Below, piece by piece: positions 29,574-38,065 of a stretch of 47,323 nt of DNA. Each line of letters starts with the position of its first letter. The stretch's first letter is position 1. The notes under the pieces are model-generated. The model saw only the letters and a program-made list of their open reading frames with translations. It was not told the origin of the DNA and searched no databases. The stretch is from Candidatus Humimicrobiales bacterium. Lineage in GTDB: Bacteria > Actinomycetota > Humimicrobiia > Humimicrobiales > Humimicrobiaceae. Location: NCBI GenBank assembly GCA_038320085.1, contig JBBQDW010000001.1:1-47323 (forward strand). The letters are read 5' to 3'. A program made the position numbers and the translations under genes.

Positions 29574-29942
29574 ATGGCAAGAAGAGTCTATATAAGGGAA
29601 ATTTATTTTTATATGGTCTGCATTATTTCGATAGTGCTTTTCATTGTAGGAATCGTAACAACAGTTGACAATATTGTAAACTATGTCAAGCCAACCACCT
29701 ACTCTACAAGAGCATTAATTATCCCTGCATATAAATCTGACCCCAACAACAGCACAATGTCTGAAGCGGAAATAAACAAGATGGTTGATGAAGAGATAGC
29801 AATGCAGATAAACAATGAAAAAATATTTGCACTCAAGAACCTTATAAGGGGAATCGTATTTTTAGTAATCGCTATTCCGCTTTTTACGGTTCACTGGATG
29901 AAGGCTCAGGGTATGTGGCGACTAAGCATAAGCGATGAATAA
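29574..29942 (+). CDS. Hypothetical two-TM membrane protein
   Basis: 122 aa. GGAGG Shine-Dalgarno upstream, two hydrophobic helices flanking a polar loop. It overlaps the tsaC start by 8 nt. No family recognised. Confidence 0.5.
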   Translation: MARRVYIREIYFYMVCIISIVLFIVGIVTTVDNIVNYVKPTTYSTRALIIPAYKSDPNNSTMSEAEINKMVDEEIAMQINNEKIFALKNLIRGIVFLVIAIPLFTVHWMKAQGMWRLSISDE

Positions 29943-30600
29943 GGCCGGGCAGATATATCTGGAAGTCGGGCCTGGCGGCAAATACAGCAGGGAAAATGTC
30001 ATAACAATTGCTGAGGCACTGACAGACGGTAGAATAGCTATCCTGCCAACCGGCACTATATACGGATTAAGTTGCGTATATAATAATAAAACAGCTCTAG
30101 ACAGGATTTACGAAATCAAACAAAGGCCCGGCGTTATGCCTTTTATAGTCCTGATTGCCGATATTGCTGACTCAGATATTCTTGCAGATAAAATAAATGC
30201 ATTCGCACAGGTACTGATTGAAAAATACTGGGTGTCTTCAACTCCACGGCCCGTAACTTTAGTATTTAAAAAAAATAAAAACCTGCCGGATTTTATTACA
30301 GGCGGCAGTGACAGAATAGCATTAAGGCTTGACTGCCTAAAAATAATAAAAGACATAATCAGGATATGCGGTCCGATTGTGTCTACAAGCGCAACGATTT
30401 CCGGCAGCGGCCAGTCACCTGTCAGTATTGCTGAAATTCCCGAAATAATAAAAGATAAAGCAGATGTCATAGCCGATATGGCAGAAAACCTGGCAGGAGT
30501 CGCCTCAACAGTTGTTGATGTAACCGGTGATGCGCCGGTTATCATCAGGGAAGGAAAAGTCAGTGCGCAGGAGATAATGGAGTTATATGGAAGAAATTGA
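29935..30600 (+). CDS. tsaC: L-threonylcarbamoyladenylate synthase (TsaC/YwlC, short form)
   Basis: 221 aa. PTGTIYGL, IK.RP and STSATISG motifs of the YrdC/Sua5 fold. Confidence 0.85.
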   Translation: MNKAGQIYLEVGPGGKYSRENVITIAEALTDGRIAILPTGTIYGLSCVYNNKTALDRIYEIKQRPGVMPFIVLIADIADSDILADKINAFAQVLIEKYWVSSTPRPVTLVFKKNKNLPDFITGGSDRIALRLDCLKIIKDIIRICGPIVSTSATISGSGQSPVSIAEIPEIIKDKADVIADMAENLAGVASTVVDVTGDAPVIIREGKVSAQEIMELYGRN

Positions 30601-31315
30601 AGGACCAAAAAATAGAGTTAAAAGGTCCAAAGTACTAAATTTAAATTTTATCTGCACAGGCAATACCTGTAGAAGTTATATTGCTGAAGCTGTTGCCACG
30701 CATCTTTTAAAGACAATTTACTTTAGAAAAAATCCGGGACTTAAGGAGATAATAAGCATAGGAAGCGCCGGAACAGACGTACTTTTAACCGGTATTCCTG
30801 CAAACACTTATCGGGTGCTGGATTTATTTGAAATACCGAATATAAAATTCAAACCCAAGGGCCTGGATGCCAAGACCATCCTAAACTCTGATGCGCTTAT
30901 TACCATGGCAACCACCCACAAGAGAAACATAATCTCAAGATTTCCGGGCGCTGATGAAAGAAAAATATTCAATCTGCTTGAATTGTCCAATATAGTCCTG
31001 TATCTTCAATCTGAAGAAATTTTTAACCGGGACTGTCTGGACATAAACACTAATAATCAAAAAACAAATCTCCAGGCAAGAGCTATATTAACAGATGTAT
31101 TAAAAGCTCCAAAGGTTGTGCTTAAATCAAAGATTCATACAACTATCTTTCGCAGGATGCTGATTTTAAAAAATACCGCATCCCTTGAAATTGTAAAACC
31201 GCCGGTAATCGACGTTGAGGATCCTTATGGAAGACCGGTTGATATTTATATCCAGGTTGCAAAATTAATAAAAGAAAGTATAGTAACTATTTTCGATTAT
31301 TTGTTTGTTTTATAA
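30587..31315 (+). CDS. Low-molecular-weight protein phosphatase (YwlE-like) with a ~65-aa insertion
   Basis: P-loop FICTGNTCRS (CX5R-S). The DP loop DVEDPYG is displaced toward the C-terminus by an inserted segment. Position after tsaC matches ywlC-ywlE in Bacillus. Confidence 0.75.
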   Translation: MEEIEGPKNRVKRSKVLNLNFICTGNTCRSYIAEAVATHLLKTIYFRKNPGLKEIISIGSAGTDVLLTGIPANTYRVLDLFEIPNIKFKPKGLDAKTILNSDALITMATTHKRNIISRFPGADERKIFNLLELSNIVLYLQSEEIFNRDCLDINTNNQKTNLQARAILTDVLKAPKVVLKSKIHTTIFRRMLILKNTASLEIVKPPVIDVEDPYGRPVDIYIQVAKLIKESIVTIFDYLFVL

Positions 31316-31525
31316 TTTATTTTTATTTTAAAGAATTGCAAAGGAGTTAAACTATTACGTTGTTTTTATAGCACTATATTTATTTTTATAACATTATATT
31401 TGCTTATAACATTATTTTTAAATAAAGGAGTCAAGCGATATATTGCTTTAATACAATATAGTTATCTATAAAATTATTTTTAAATATTTTAGAATCTTAT
31501 ATTTTTTATTTTAAGGGGGAAAACT

Positions 31526-32800
31526 TTGGCTAACAGTAACAATAACATTAACAATAATCATGCTCGTACTGAAATTTCGGATATCCAGATTCAGAAAATG
31601 ATTGCAAGAGAGCTTGAAAGGCAGAGAAGCCAGGTGGTCCTTATCGCTTCAGAGAATTATGCTTCCGAGGGAGTAATAAATGCTACCGGATCAGTACTGA
31701 CAAACAAATATGCCGAAGGTTATCCGGGGGACAGATATTATGAAGGCTGCCAGATTTATGATGAAGTCGAGGAACTGGCAATAAAAAGATGCAATGAGCT
31801 TTTCAATTCCAATTACTGTAATGTACAACCGCACAGCGGCGTACAAGCAAATACTGCAGTTTTTTTAGGGATATTAAATTGCAACGACCATATTTTAAGC
31901 ATGAATCTTCGTGACGGCGGACATCTTTCACACGGCCACAAGCAAAACCTCACAGGAAAATATTTTGAAGTATTTACTTACAGTGTCGATCCCGAGACAG
32001 AGATGATAGACTATGAAAATGTTAAAAAGATTGCAAGGATTGCAAGGCCGAAGCTTATAATAGCTGGCGCAAGCTCTTATTCAAGAATAATCGATTTTAC
32101 AAAATTCAGGGAAATAGCTGATGAGGTCGGGGCATTCCTGATGGCAGATATTGCCCATGTTGCCGGGCTGATTGCAGGAGGCGCGCATCCCTCGTCGGTG
32201 GGCATTGCCGATTTTACGACAGCAACAACTCACAAAACCTTAAGGGGGCCAAGAGGCGGGATTATTATTGCCGATAAAAAATATTCAGGCATGATAAATA
32301 AATCAGTGTTCCCCGGAATTCAGGGTGGTCCGCTTATGAATACAGTAGCCGCAAAAGCAGTCTGCTTCTTTGAAGCGCTGCAGCCTTCATTTAAAGAATA
32401 TGCAGGGAGGATTGTAGAAAACTCCAAGGTCTTATGCGCCTATCTTAAAGACAGGGGATTTAGGATAGTCTCCGGCGGAACTGATAATCATCTCTTCCTT
32501 ATTGACTTGTCCGATATGGGAATGACCGGTTATGAGGCTTCCGAGTTGCTTGCTTCGGTCGGTATAATACTAAATAAAAACGTAATACCTTATGATACAT
32601 TAAACCCCAATATAACAAGCGGGATAAGGATAGGCACCCCGGCTGTGACAACACGGGGCATGGGAGCAGAAGAGATGCATAAGATAGGTGAATTTATAGC
32701 CTTTGCCTTAAAAAACAAAGAAGACAAAACAGCAATTGCAGGTCTTGCTGTAAAAGTTAAAAAACTCGCAGAAGATTTCCCTGTTTATCCGGATATGTAA
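31526..32800 (+). CDS. glyA: Serine hydroxymethyltransferase
   Basis: LIASENY, GYPG.RYY.GC, and the TTTTHKTLRGPRGG PLP-lysine motif. TTG start with a GGGGGA Shine-Dalgarno. Confidence 0.95.
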   Translation: MANSNNNINNNHARTEISDIQIQKMIARELERQRSQVVLIASENYASEGVINATGSVLTNKYAEGYPGDRYYEGCQIYDEVEELAIKRCNELFNSNYCNVQPHSGVQANTAVFLGILNCNDHILSMNLRDGGHLSHGHKQNLTGKYFEVFTYSVDPETEMIDYENVKKIARIARPKLIIAGASSYSRIIDFTKFREIADEVGAFLMADIAHVAGLIAGGAHPSSVGIADFTTATTHKTLRGPRGGIIIADKKYSGMINKSVFPGIQGGPLMNTVAAKAVCFFEALQPSFKEYAGRIVENSKVLCAYLKDRGFRIVSGGTDNHLFLIDLSDMGMTGYEASELLASVGIILNKNVIPYDTLNPNITSGIRIGTPAVTTRGMGAEEMHKIGEFIAFALKNKEDKTAIAGLAVKVKKLAEDFPVYPDM

Positions 32801-33060
32801 TACTGGGTTGGGTTAGGTATCAATAAGGTGTCAGTAAGGTATCAATAAATAGTGCCGGATTGTGCAGTGTATAAACAGGCGATGCCGGCGGATTGCTCAA
32901 GGTATCAATATTTAGCGGCAGATCGTGCTTTATTAATGTTGAGTGCTGCACTGCACCAGGCATCAATATGTTATACCGCGGGATAATCCGGTTTCTGGCA
33001 TAGCATTATTAAAAATAAATCTCAAACACACAAAACAAGCCAGGCGTAAATATGATTTTT

Positions 33061-33115
33061 GCCCAAAGCTGCTTTTGGCCTTTTTTAGTTAAGCAGCTTT
33101 GGGCCTTTTTGTTTT
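33061..33115 (+). terminator. Intrinsic terminator-like hairpin plus T-run, 260 nt downstream of glyA
   Basis: GCCCAAAGCTGCTT (33061-33074) is the exact reverse complement of AAGCAGCTTTGGGC (33091-33104). CTTTTTGTTTT follows. The inner segment GCCCAAAG-CTG-CTTTTGGC plus CTTTTTT could form an alternative shorter terminator. Confidence 0.55.
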
Positions 33116-33364
33116 AAGGCTTTTCCGAGCCTCACTCTATAAATAAATTTTCCAGACGGCTAACAATATTAACAATCCCTACACCATAAAATGACAAAAA
33201 GTGATAAATATTAATATAATAGTATAATATATATATAATAATACTCTTGACATATATATCTTAAATGTAATATTATTTAAAAATAAATTAATAATCTCAA
33301 GTTAATGTTTAAAAATTGGATTATTATTTATTTATAATTTTATAATCTGAAGTCAGGTAAATAA

Positions 33365-33475
33365 ATGGGTTTTATAATAGTTTTAAAAAGTGCGGCATTT
33401 TTAGTGTGCATTGCTGTTTTTTCGTACATGGTAGTAGACAACCTGTTATTTGTACTAAGTAAGAGAAGTCGTTAA
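33365..33475 (+). CDS. Candidate 36-aa hydrophobic small protein (unannotated sORF)
   Basis: MGFIIVLKSAAFLVCIAVFSYMVVDNLLFVLSKRSR: one TM-like helix with a basic C-terminus. A weak AGG lies 7 nt upstream of the ATG. A consensus TTGACA -35 at 33247-33252 is followed by AT-rich -10 candidates. There is no homology evidence. Confidence 0.25.
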   Translation: MGFIIVLKSAAFLVCIAVFSYMVVDNLLFVLSKRSR

Positions 33476-33587
33476 GACTGTATCTGCTCTTTAAGAACAA
33501 GTAAATACAGGAAAAGTTGCCTGACGCCCTTAATGTCGTCACAATCAGGAAAGGTATATCTGCGCGTTTGGACCTTACAAAAATGAC

Positions 33588-34619
33588 TTAGATTTTTATA
33601 ACCATTATTCTCTTCAGCTGATTGTAATCTTTATGTATTTCGATATTTTCCGGTTTTAAACTTTCTGTTATATACTTTTGCAGACCGGGGCTTACATAAG
33701 GGTCGATTTCAAAAACAAGAAATGAATTCCCGGGATCAATAAGGCTGCATGCCTGGTCCACTATCTTTTTGTAGATTTCAAGTCCGGTTTTACCTGCAAG
33801 AAGAGCACACTTGGGTTCAAAATGCCGCACCTCTTGGGGCAGGCTGTTATAATTTTCTTCGGAAATGTATGGGGGATTTGAAACCACTATATTTATTTTT
33901 CCTTTAAACTCATTGGTAAATAAAGAATTTTCGGCGGGTATTATATCTGCTTTTACAAAGTCAACATTCTTTATTTCTTCTTCTGACAACAGATTGTTTG
34001 CATTTATTAGCGCAATATTAAGGGCAGATTTGCTTTTTTCTGTAGCTGTTACCTTAAGTTTTATATAAGATGGGGTTTGGGATGATCCATTTTTTCCGGC
34101 GCCTGCAGCCTTTGCAATAAATTGGTACCCTTCTTTTATTAAGCTAAGCGCAATGGCTCCGCTTCCGGTTCCGATCTCCAGTATATTTAAATTTATATCT
34201 GCTATGCCTGCAGTGCCGGCCTGTCCGAAAGAGTCACCAAAAAACCCGGCTGCCTTCTCTCTGACTATGTCCGCCATGATGTTTAATACCCTGTCTACCA
34301 GAAGTTCGGTTTCGGGCCTTGGTATCAGGACGTTTTCATCCACATAAAGTTCAAGATTCCTGAAGAAAGCTTTTTTTAATATGTATTGGATGGGCATATG
34401 CTCAACCCGCTTTAAGATATAGTCTTTAAATCTTGCGATTTCCTGTTGGCCGGGTTTATGGTCAAAGTTAAGATATATCTGCATCCTTGTAAAATTTAAA
34501 GCGTCGGCGAGTAGCAGTTCGGCAGATAATTTAGGCTGATTTATGCCTTTTGAAGTGAAGTGCTCAATTGACCAGTTAAGAAGGTTTTTAACATCCCATA
34601 TTTTTTTGATATCCTGCAA
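33588..34619 (-). CDS. prmC: Release-factor glutamine N5-methyltransferase
   Basis: ILEIGTGSGAI SAM motif and the VSNPPY catalytic motif. It lies immediately downstream of prfA and carries an extra Gly/Ala-rich segment in the middle. Confidence 0.9.
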   Translation of the reverse strand: MQDIKKIWDVKNLLNWSIEHFTSKGINQPKLSAELLLADALNFTRMQIYLNFDHKPGQQEIARFKDYILKRVEHMPIQYILKKAFFRNLELYVDENVLIPRPETELLVDRVLNIMADIVREKAAGFFGDSFGQAGTAGIADINLNILEIGTGSGAIALSLIKEGYQFIAKAAGAGKNGSSQTPSYIKLKVTATEKSKSALNIALINANNLLSEEEIKNVDFVKADIIPAENSLFTNEFKGKINIVVSNPPYISEENYNSLPQEVRHFEPKCALLAGKTGLEIYKKIVDQACSLIDPGNSFLVFEIDPYVSPGLQKYITESLKPENIEIHKDYNQLKRIMVIKI

Positions 34620-34630
34620 TAAAAAAGCTC

Positions 34631-35710
34631 CTAAATTTCCAGCTTTTCTAATTTTTTCTCTTCATCAGCGGTCCTGAGCGCATCTATAAGCTCTTCTATG
34701 TTGCCTTCAAGAATATTTTCAAGCTTGTACAGAGTTATATTTATCCTGTGGTCAGTTATCCTTCCCTGGGGAAAGTTGTAGGTCCTTATCCTCTCGCTCC
34801 TGTCTCCGGTGCCTATTTGAAGCCGCCTGTTTTTTGTCTGCTCATCCATGTATTTCTGTTCTTCAATTTCCTTAAGGCGCGCCCGCAGTATTTTAAATGC
34901 TTTTTCCTTGTTTTGCAGCTGGGATTTTTCATCCTGGCAGGAGACAACCAGTCCGGTAGGCACATGTGTGATCCTCACGGCAGAATCTGTTGTATTGACT
35001 GACTGGCCCCCGGGACCAGAGGAACGAAAAACATCGATGCGCAGATCAGCAAGATCAAGAGTGACATCGACTTCTTCGGCTTCGGGAAGGACCGCGACTG
35101 TGGCCGTTGATGTATGTATCCTGCCGCCGGAGTCTGTTACAGGCACCCTTTGAACCCTGTGTACCCCCGACTCATATTTCATATCCGAATATACACTTTT
35201 TCCTTCAACATCAAAGATTATTTCCTTAAAACCCCCGATACCCTGGGAGCTTGAGCTTAAAATGCTGTGTTTCCATCTCCTGTTTTCAGCATATTTTGTA
35301 TACATCCGGAATAATACAGCGGCAAAAAGCCCCGCTTCGTCGCCGCCTGCGCCTGCCCTGATTTCAACGATTACATTTTTTTCATCATTCGGGTCCTTCG
35401 GGGTTAAATATATCAGTATCTTCTTCTCAAGCTTTTCGAGCTCAGTATTGTTTTTTTCAAATTCTTCAGAAAAGTAGATCTTCATCGCTTCATCTTTTTC
35501 ACTTTTCAGCATTTCCTTTATCTCTTCATGGGAAGCTCTTGCTGATCTGTATTTTTTTGCGATTTGAACTATTTCCTCAATGTCCGATATTTTCTGTCCA
35601 TATTCTTTTATTTTTTCCGGATCCTGGGAAACGTCGGGGCCGCCAAGCTTTTCAAGAAACTTGTTGTATGCGTCCTCATAACTTTTAAGTTTTTCAAGCA
35701 AATCAACCAT
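34631..35710 (-). CDS. prfA: Peptide chain release factor 1
   Basis: [20 protein letters not shown] (GGQ) and [15 protein letters not shown] (the RF1 P-x-T region). Confidence 0.95.
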   Translation of the reverse strand: MVDLLEKLKSYEDAYNKFLEKLGGPDVSQDPEKIKEYGQKISDIEEIVQIAKKYRSARASHEEIKEMLKSEKDEAMKIYFSEEFEKNNTELEKLEKKILIYLTPKDPNDEKNVIVEIRAGAGGDEAGLFAAVLFRMYTKYAENRRWKHSILSSSSQGIGGFKEIIFDVEGKSVYSDMKYESGVHRVQRVPVTDSGGRIHTSTATVAVLPEAEEVDVTLDLADLRIDVFRSSGPGGQSVNTTDSAVRITHVPTGLVVSCQDEKSQLQNKEKAFKILRARLKEIEEQKYMDEQTKNRRLQIGTGDRSERIRTYNFPQGRITDHRINITLYKLENILEGNIEELIDALRTADEEKKLEKLEI

Positions 35711-35737
35711 TTATTTATCCATTTTGGCCCTGATTTT

Positions 35738-36982
35738 TCAGGCATTTACGGAAACTTCGTCTTCTTTTTCTACAATCTTTTTTTCTATTATATTTTCGGG
35801 CTCACTTAATTCGGATTCAAGGATTTTATTAAGTGATACTATGGCAACTTCTAACTGCTTTTCATCAGGTTCCCTTGTTGTTATTCTCTGCAATAAAAGC
35901 CCCGGATAGAAAATTATCTGCACGATTTTAAAGCGGCCGAATTTTCCTGCAAGCCTTATCAGTTCATAAGATATTCCTGCAATTAGCGGCATTAAAACCA
36001 CTCTTGAAATTAACCTTAAATATAGGGGCGGTTTGCCAAGAAGAGAATATACAATAAGCGCGACTACCATTACGATAAGCAAAAAGCTGGTGCCGCACCT
36101 TAAGTGAAGTCTTGAATACTTTTTGACGTTTTCAGGTATAAGCTCTTCCCCGTTCTCATAGGCCTGGATTGTCTTATGCTCGGCGCCATGATATTGAAAC
36201 AGCCTTTTTATATCTTTCATAAAAGAGATAAGGGCTATATATCCTACCAGAAAAGCTATCCTGACAAGCCCTTCAAGAAGATTATAAAGAATTGAATTCG
36301 GTATAAAATTGCTAAAAGACCGCCCTATAAGTGTAGGGAGAACAAAAAAAACTCCCACTGTAAATAGTACCGCTATGACAACGGATATGCTCATTTGCTT
36401 TTTTGAGATCTGTACTTCTTCACCGGTAGACTCATTAACTGAATAGCTAAGTGCCTTAAACCCTAGGGAAAGATTTTCGACAAGGGCAACCATTCCTCTT
36501 ATAAATGGCCATCCCAGCACTTTTTTCCTGTTTGTAATAGAGATTTCTTTGAAAATAGCGCAACTTATTGTATCGTCAGGTTTCCTGACTGCAACGGCCC
36601 AGAAACGCCTGCTCCTCATCATCACGCCTTCAAGTACTGCCTGTCCGCCCACATTAAGTTTTTTTAAACCCTGCACAGTGCTGCTGCAGGCGTTGGCTGC
36701 ATTGGGGGATGCCTGCTGTGTGTCAGCATATTTATCCCCATTTATTCCCTGCTGCTCCTCTATAGAAATATTTTCAGGTTTTTTCAACATATCTTTGGAT
36801 GAAACACCGCAATCCGGCACTCCATTAGTGTCCTTTATGTCGGACGTATTCTCTTTTATTTCATGCATATTCTCATTTATTTCAGACGTATTCTCTTTTA
36901 TTACGGGCATGTTCTCCTTTATTTCAGGCATGTTCTCCTTTATTTCAGGCATCAAAATCACTCGCTTTAGGAGGATTGTCAC
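35738..36982 (-). CDS. DUF1385-family membrane protein with an N-terminal heptad-repeat extension
   Basis: The core matches the DUF1385 pattern (GGQAVLEGVMMR, YHGAEHKTI, RCGTSF) seen next to prfA/prmC in Clostridia-like genomes. The track start is a GTG inside thyX. ATG starts at 36952 (8-nt ATGCCTGA overlap with the thyX stop) or at 36931 are alternatives. Confidence 0.75.
   Translation of the reverse strand: MTILLKRVILMPEIKENMPEIKENMPVIKENTSEINENMHEIKENTSDIKDTNGVPDCGVSSKDMLKKPENISIEEQQGINGDKYADTQQASPNAANACSSTVQGLKKLNVGGQAVLEGVMMRSRRFWAVAVRKPDDTISCAIFKEISITNRKKVLGWPFIRGMVALVENLSLGFKALSYSVNESTGEEVQISKKQMSISVVIAVLFTVGVFFVLPTLIGRSFSNFIPNSILYNLLEGLVRIAFLVGYIALISFMKDIKRLFQYHGAEHKTIQAYENGEELIPENVKKYSRLHLRCGTSFLLIVMVVALIVYSLLGKPPLYLRLISRVVLMPLIAGISYELIRLAGKFGRFKIVQIIFYPGLLLQRITTREPDEKQLEVAIVSLNKILESELSEPENIIEKKIVEKEDEVSVNA
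36827..36952 (-). repeat. Six in-frame 21-nt tandem units at the 5' end of the DUF1385 gene
   Basis: Encodes MPEIKEN MPEIKEN MPVIKEN TSEINEN MHEIKEN TSDIKDT. The first two units are identical at the DNA level (ATGCCTGAAATAAAGGAGAAC). Confidence 0.9.
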
Positions 36983-37628
36983 AGGTGAATTTTCCTTCAG
37001 TGCAGGGGCCCCTCAGGCAGTTTGGCCCGGCTTTTTCAAAAACGACAGGGCATACCTTTTTTATATCTTTGAGCATACCTGTTGCCAGTTCTTTTATTTC
37101 CCATTGTGCCCTGTTGCAGCACCTGACAGTAAAAAAGTGCAGCAGTTCCCTTCCATTCATGGAGACTATTATTTTTGTTTCTGACGCATTAGGCAGAATA
37201 TATCTTGCATCCTCAGCCTCCACTCCGGATTTGAGCATTTCTTCATAAAAATCGTGGATTTTGTCGACAAGGGCCTTAAACTCAGGAAACATCTGCGGAT
37301 TATTTTTCACAGAGGGTGGAACAATATATTCATAATTTCCATAAAATTTTACATACCTTTGCGACTGCTGGTTATAAGAAGCAAGCCTGTGCCTTACCAG
37401 CTGATGTGTAAGCGCCCGCGAGACACCTTCTATGGCAAAAGTAAAATAAATATGCTCCGTGGTGCTTAAATGCCCGCTTTTAACAACAAACTTTACCAGT
37501 TTATTGACTTCTTCGGAACTTAAGTCCTCCATCAATTGCTCTACACCCACCGGGGAATAACAAAGCCTTGCAGCCACTGCTACCATTTTCTCTGGTTCCG
37601 GGGTATATTTTATGAGCTTGATTTTCAT
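36945..37628 (-). CDS. thyX: FAD-dependent thymidylate synthase
   Basis: ThyX signature RHRLASYNQQSQRY (RHR...S.QS.RY). 227 aa. Confidence 0.9.
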   Translation of the reverse strand: MKIKLIKYTPEPEKMVAVAARLCYSPVGVEQLMEDLSSEEVNKLVKFVVKSGHLSTTEHIYFTFAIEGVSRALTHQLVRHRLASYNQQSQRYVKFYGNYEYIVPPSVKNNPQMFPEFKALVDKIHDFYEEMLKSGVEAEDARYILPNASETKIIVSMNGRELLHFFTVRCCNRAQWEIKELATGMLKDIKKVCPVVFEKAGPNCLRGPCTEGKFTCDNPPKASDFDA

Positions 37629-37694
37629 AGGCCAATTAATTCTCTTAAGGACACGAAAGGTTTAAAGATGAAATACTCATAAAATATTTTTATA

Positions 37695-37925
37695 TTATTT
37701 CTTTATTTTTTCAACTTTTTTCATTCTTCTCTGGAACCTGTCTATCATTCCGCCCGAATCAATAAGTTTTTGTTTTCCGGTATAAAACGGGTGGCAGCTT
37801 GAACATATTTCCACATGCAGCTCTTTTTTAACAGATTTTGTTTGAAAAGTACTGCCGCATGAGCAGGTAACTGTACAATCAGAATATGCCGGATGTATAT
37901 CTTTCTTCATATTGGTTAACCTCAC
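37695..37925 (-). CDS. rpmE: 50S ribosomal protein L31 (zinc-binding type A)
   Basis: MKKDIHP start, Cys pairs CSCG and [13 protein letters not shown]. Confidence 0.9.
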   Translation of the reverse strand: MRLTNMKKDIHPAYSDCTVTCSCGSTFQTKSVKKELHVEICSSCHPFYTGKQKLIDSGGMIDRFQRRMKKVEKIKK

Positions 37926-38011
37926 GTAATAAAAAATTTCAAAATCGTTATATTAGCACAAGCACCATATTAAGTAAATAATGTAATTTAGGAAATTACT
38001 TTTAGATGGCC

Positions 38012-38045
38012 AATTGCTGTGCCTGTAAAATTGCTGCGCCTGTAA
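38012..38045. repeat. 17-nt tandem duplication just 3' of rho
   Basis: AATTGCTGTGCCTGTAA followed by AATTGCTGCGCCTGTAA. Confidence 0.7.
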
Positions 38046-38065
38046 ATAATTTATATCCCTTAAAT

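Noticed and set aside
31316-31525. Riboswitch (for example ZTP/pfl or THF) upstream of glyA.
   Set aside because: The spacer is extremely AT-rich, with only loose ~20-nt direct repeats. None of the G/C-rich conserved cores of those riboswitches is visible.
36549-37184. 211-aa plus-strand ORF spanning the DUF1385/thyX junction.
   Set aside because: It lies antisense to two recognisable genes. Its repeats (FSFISDVFSFITGMFSFISGMFSFISG) are simply the reverse-complement reading of the 21-nt coding repeats.
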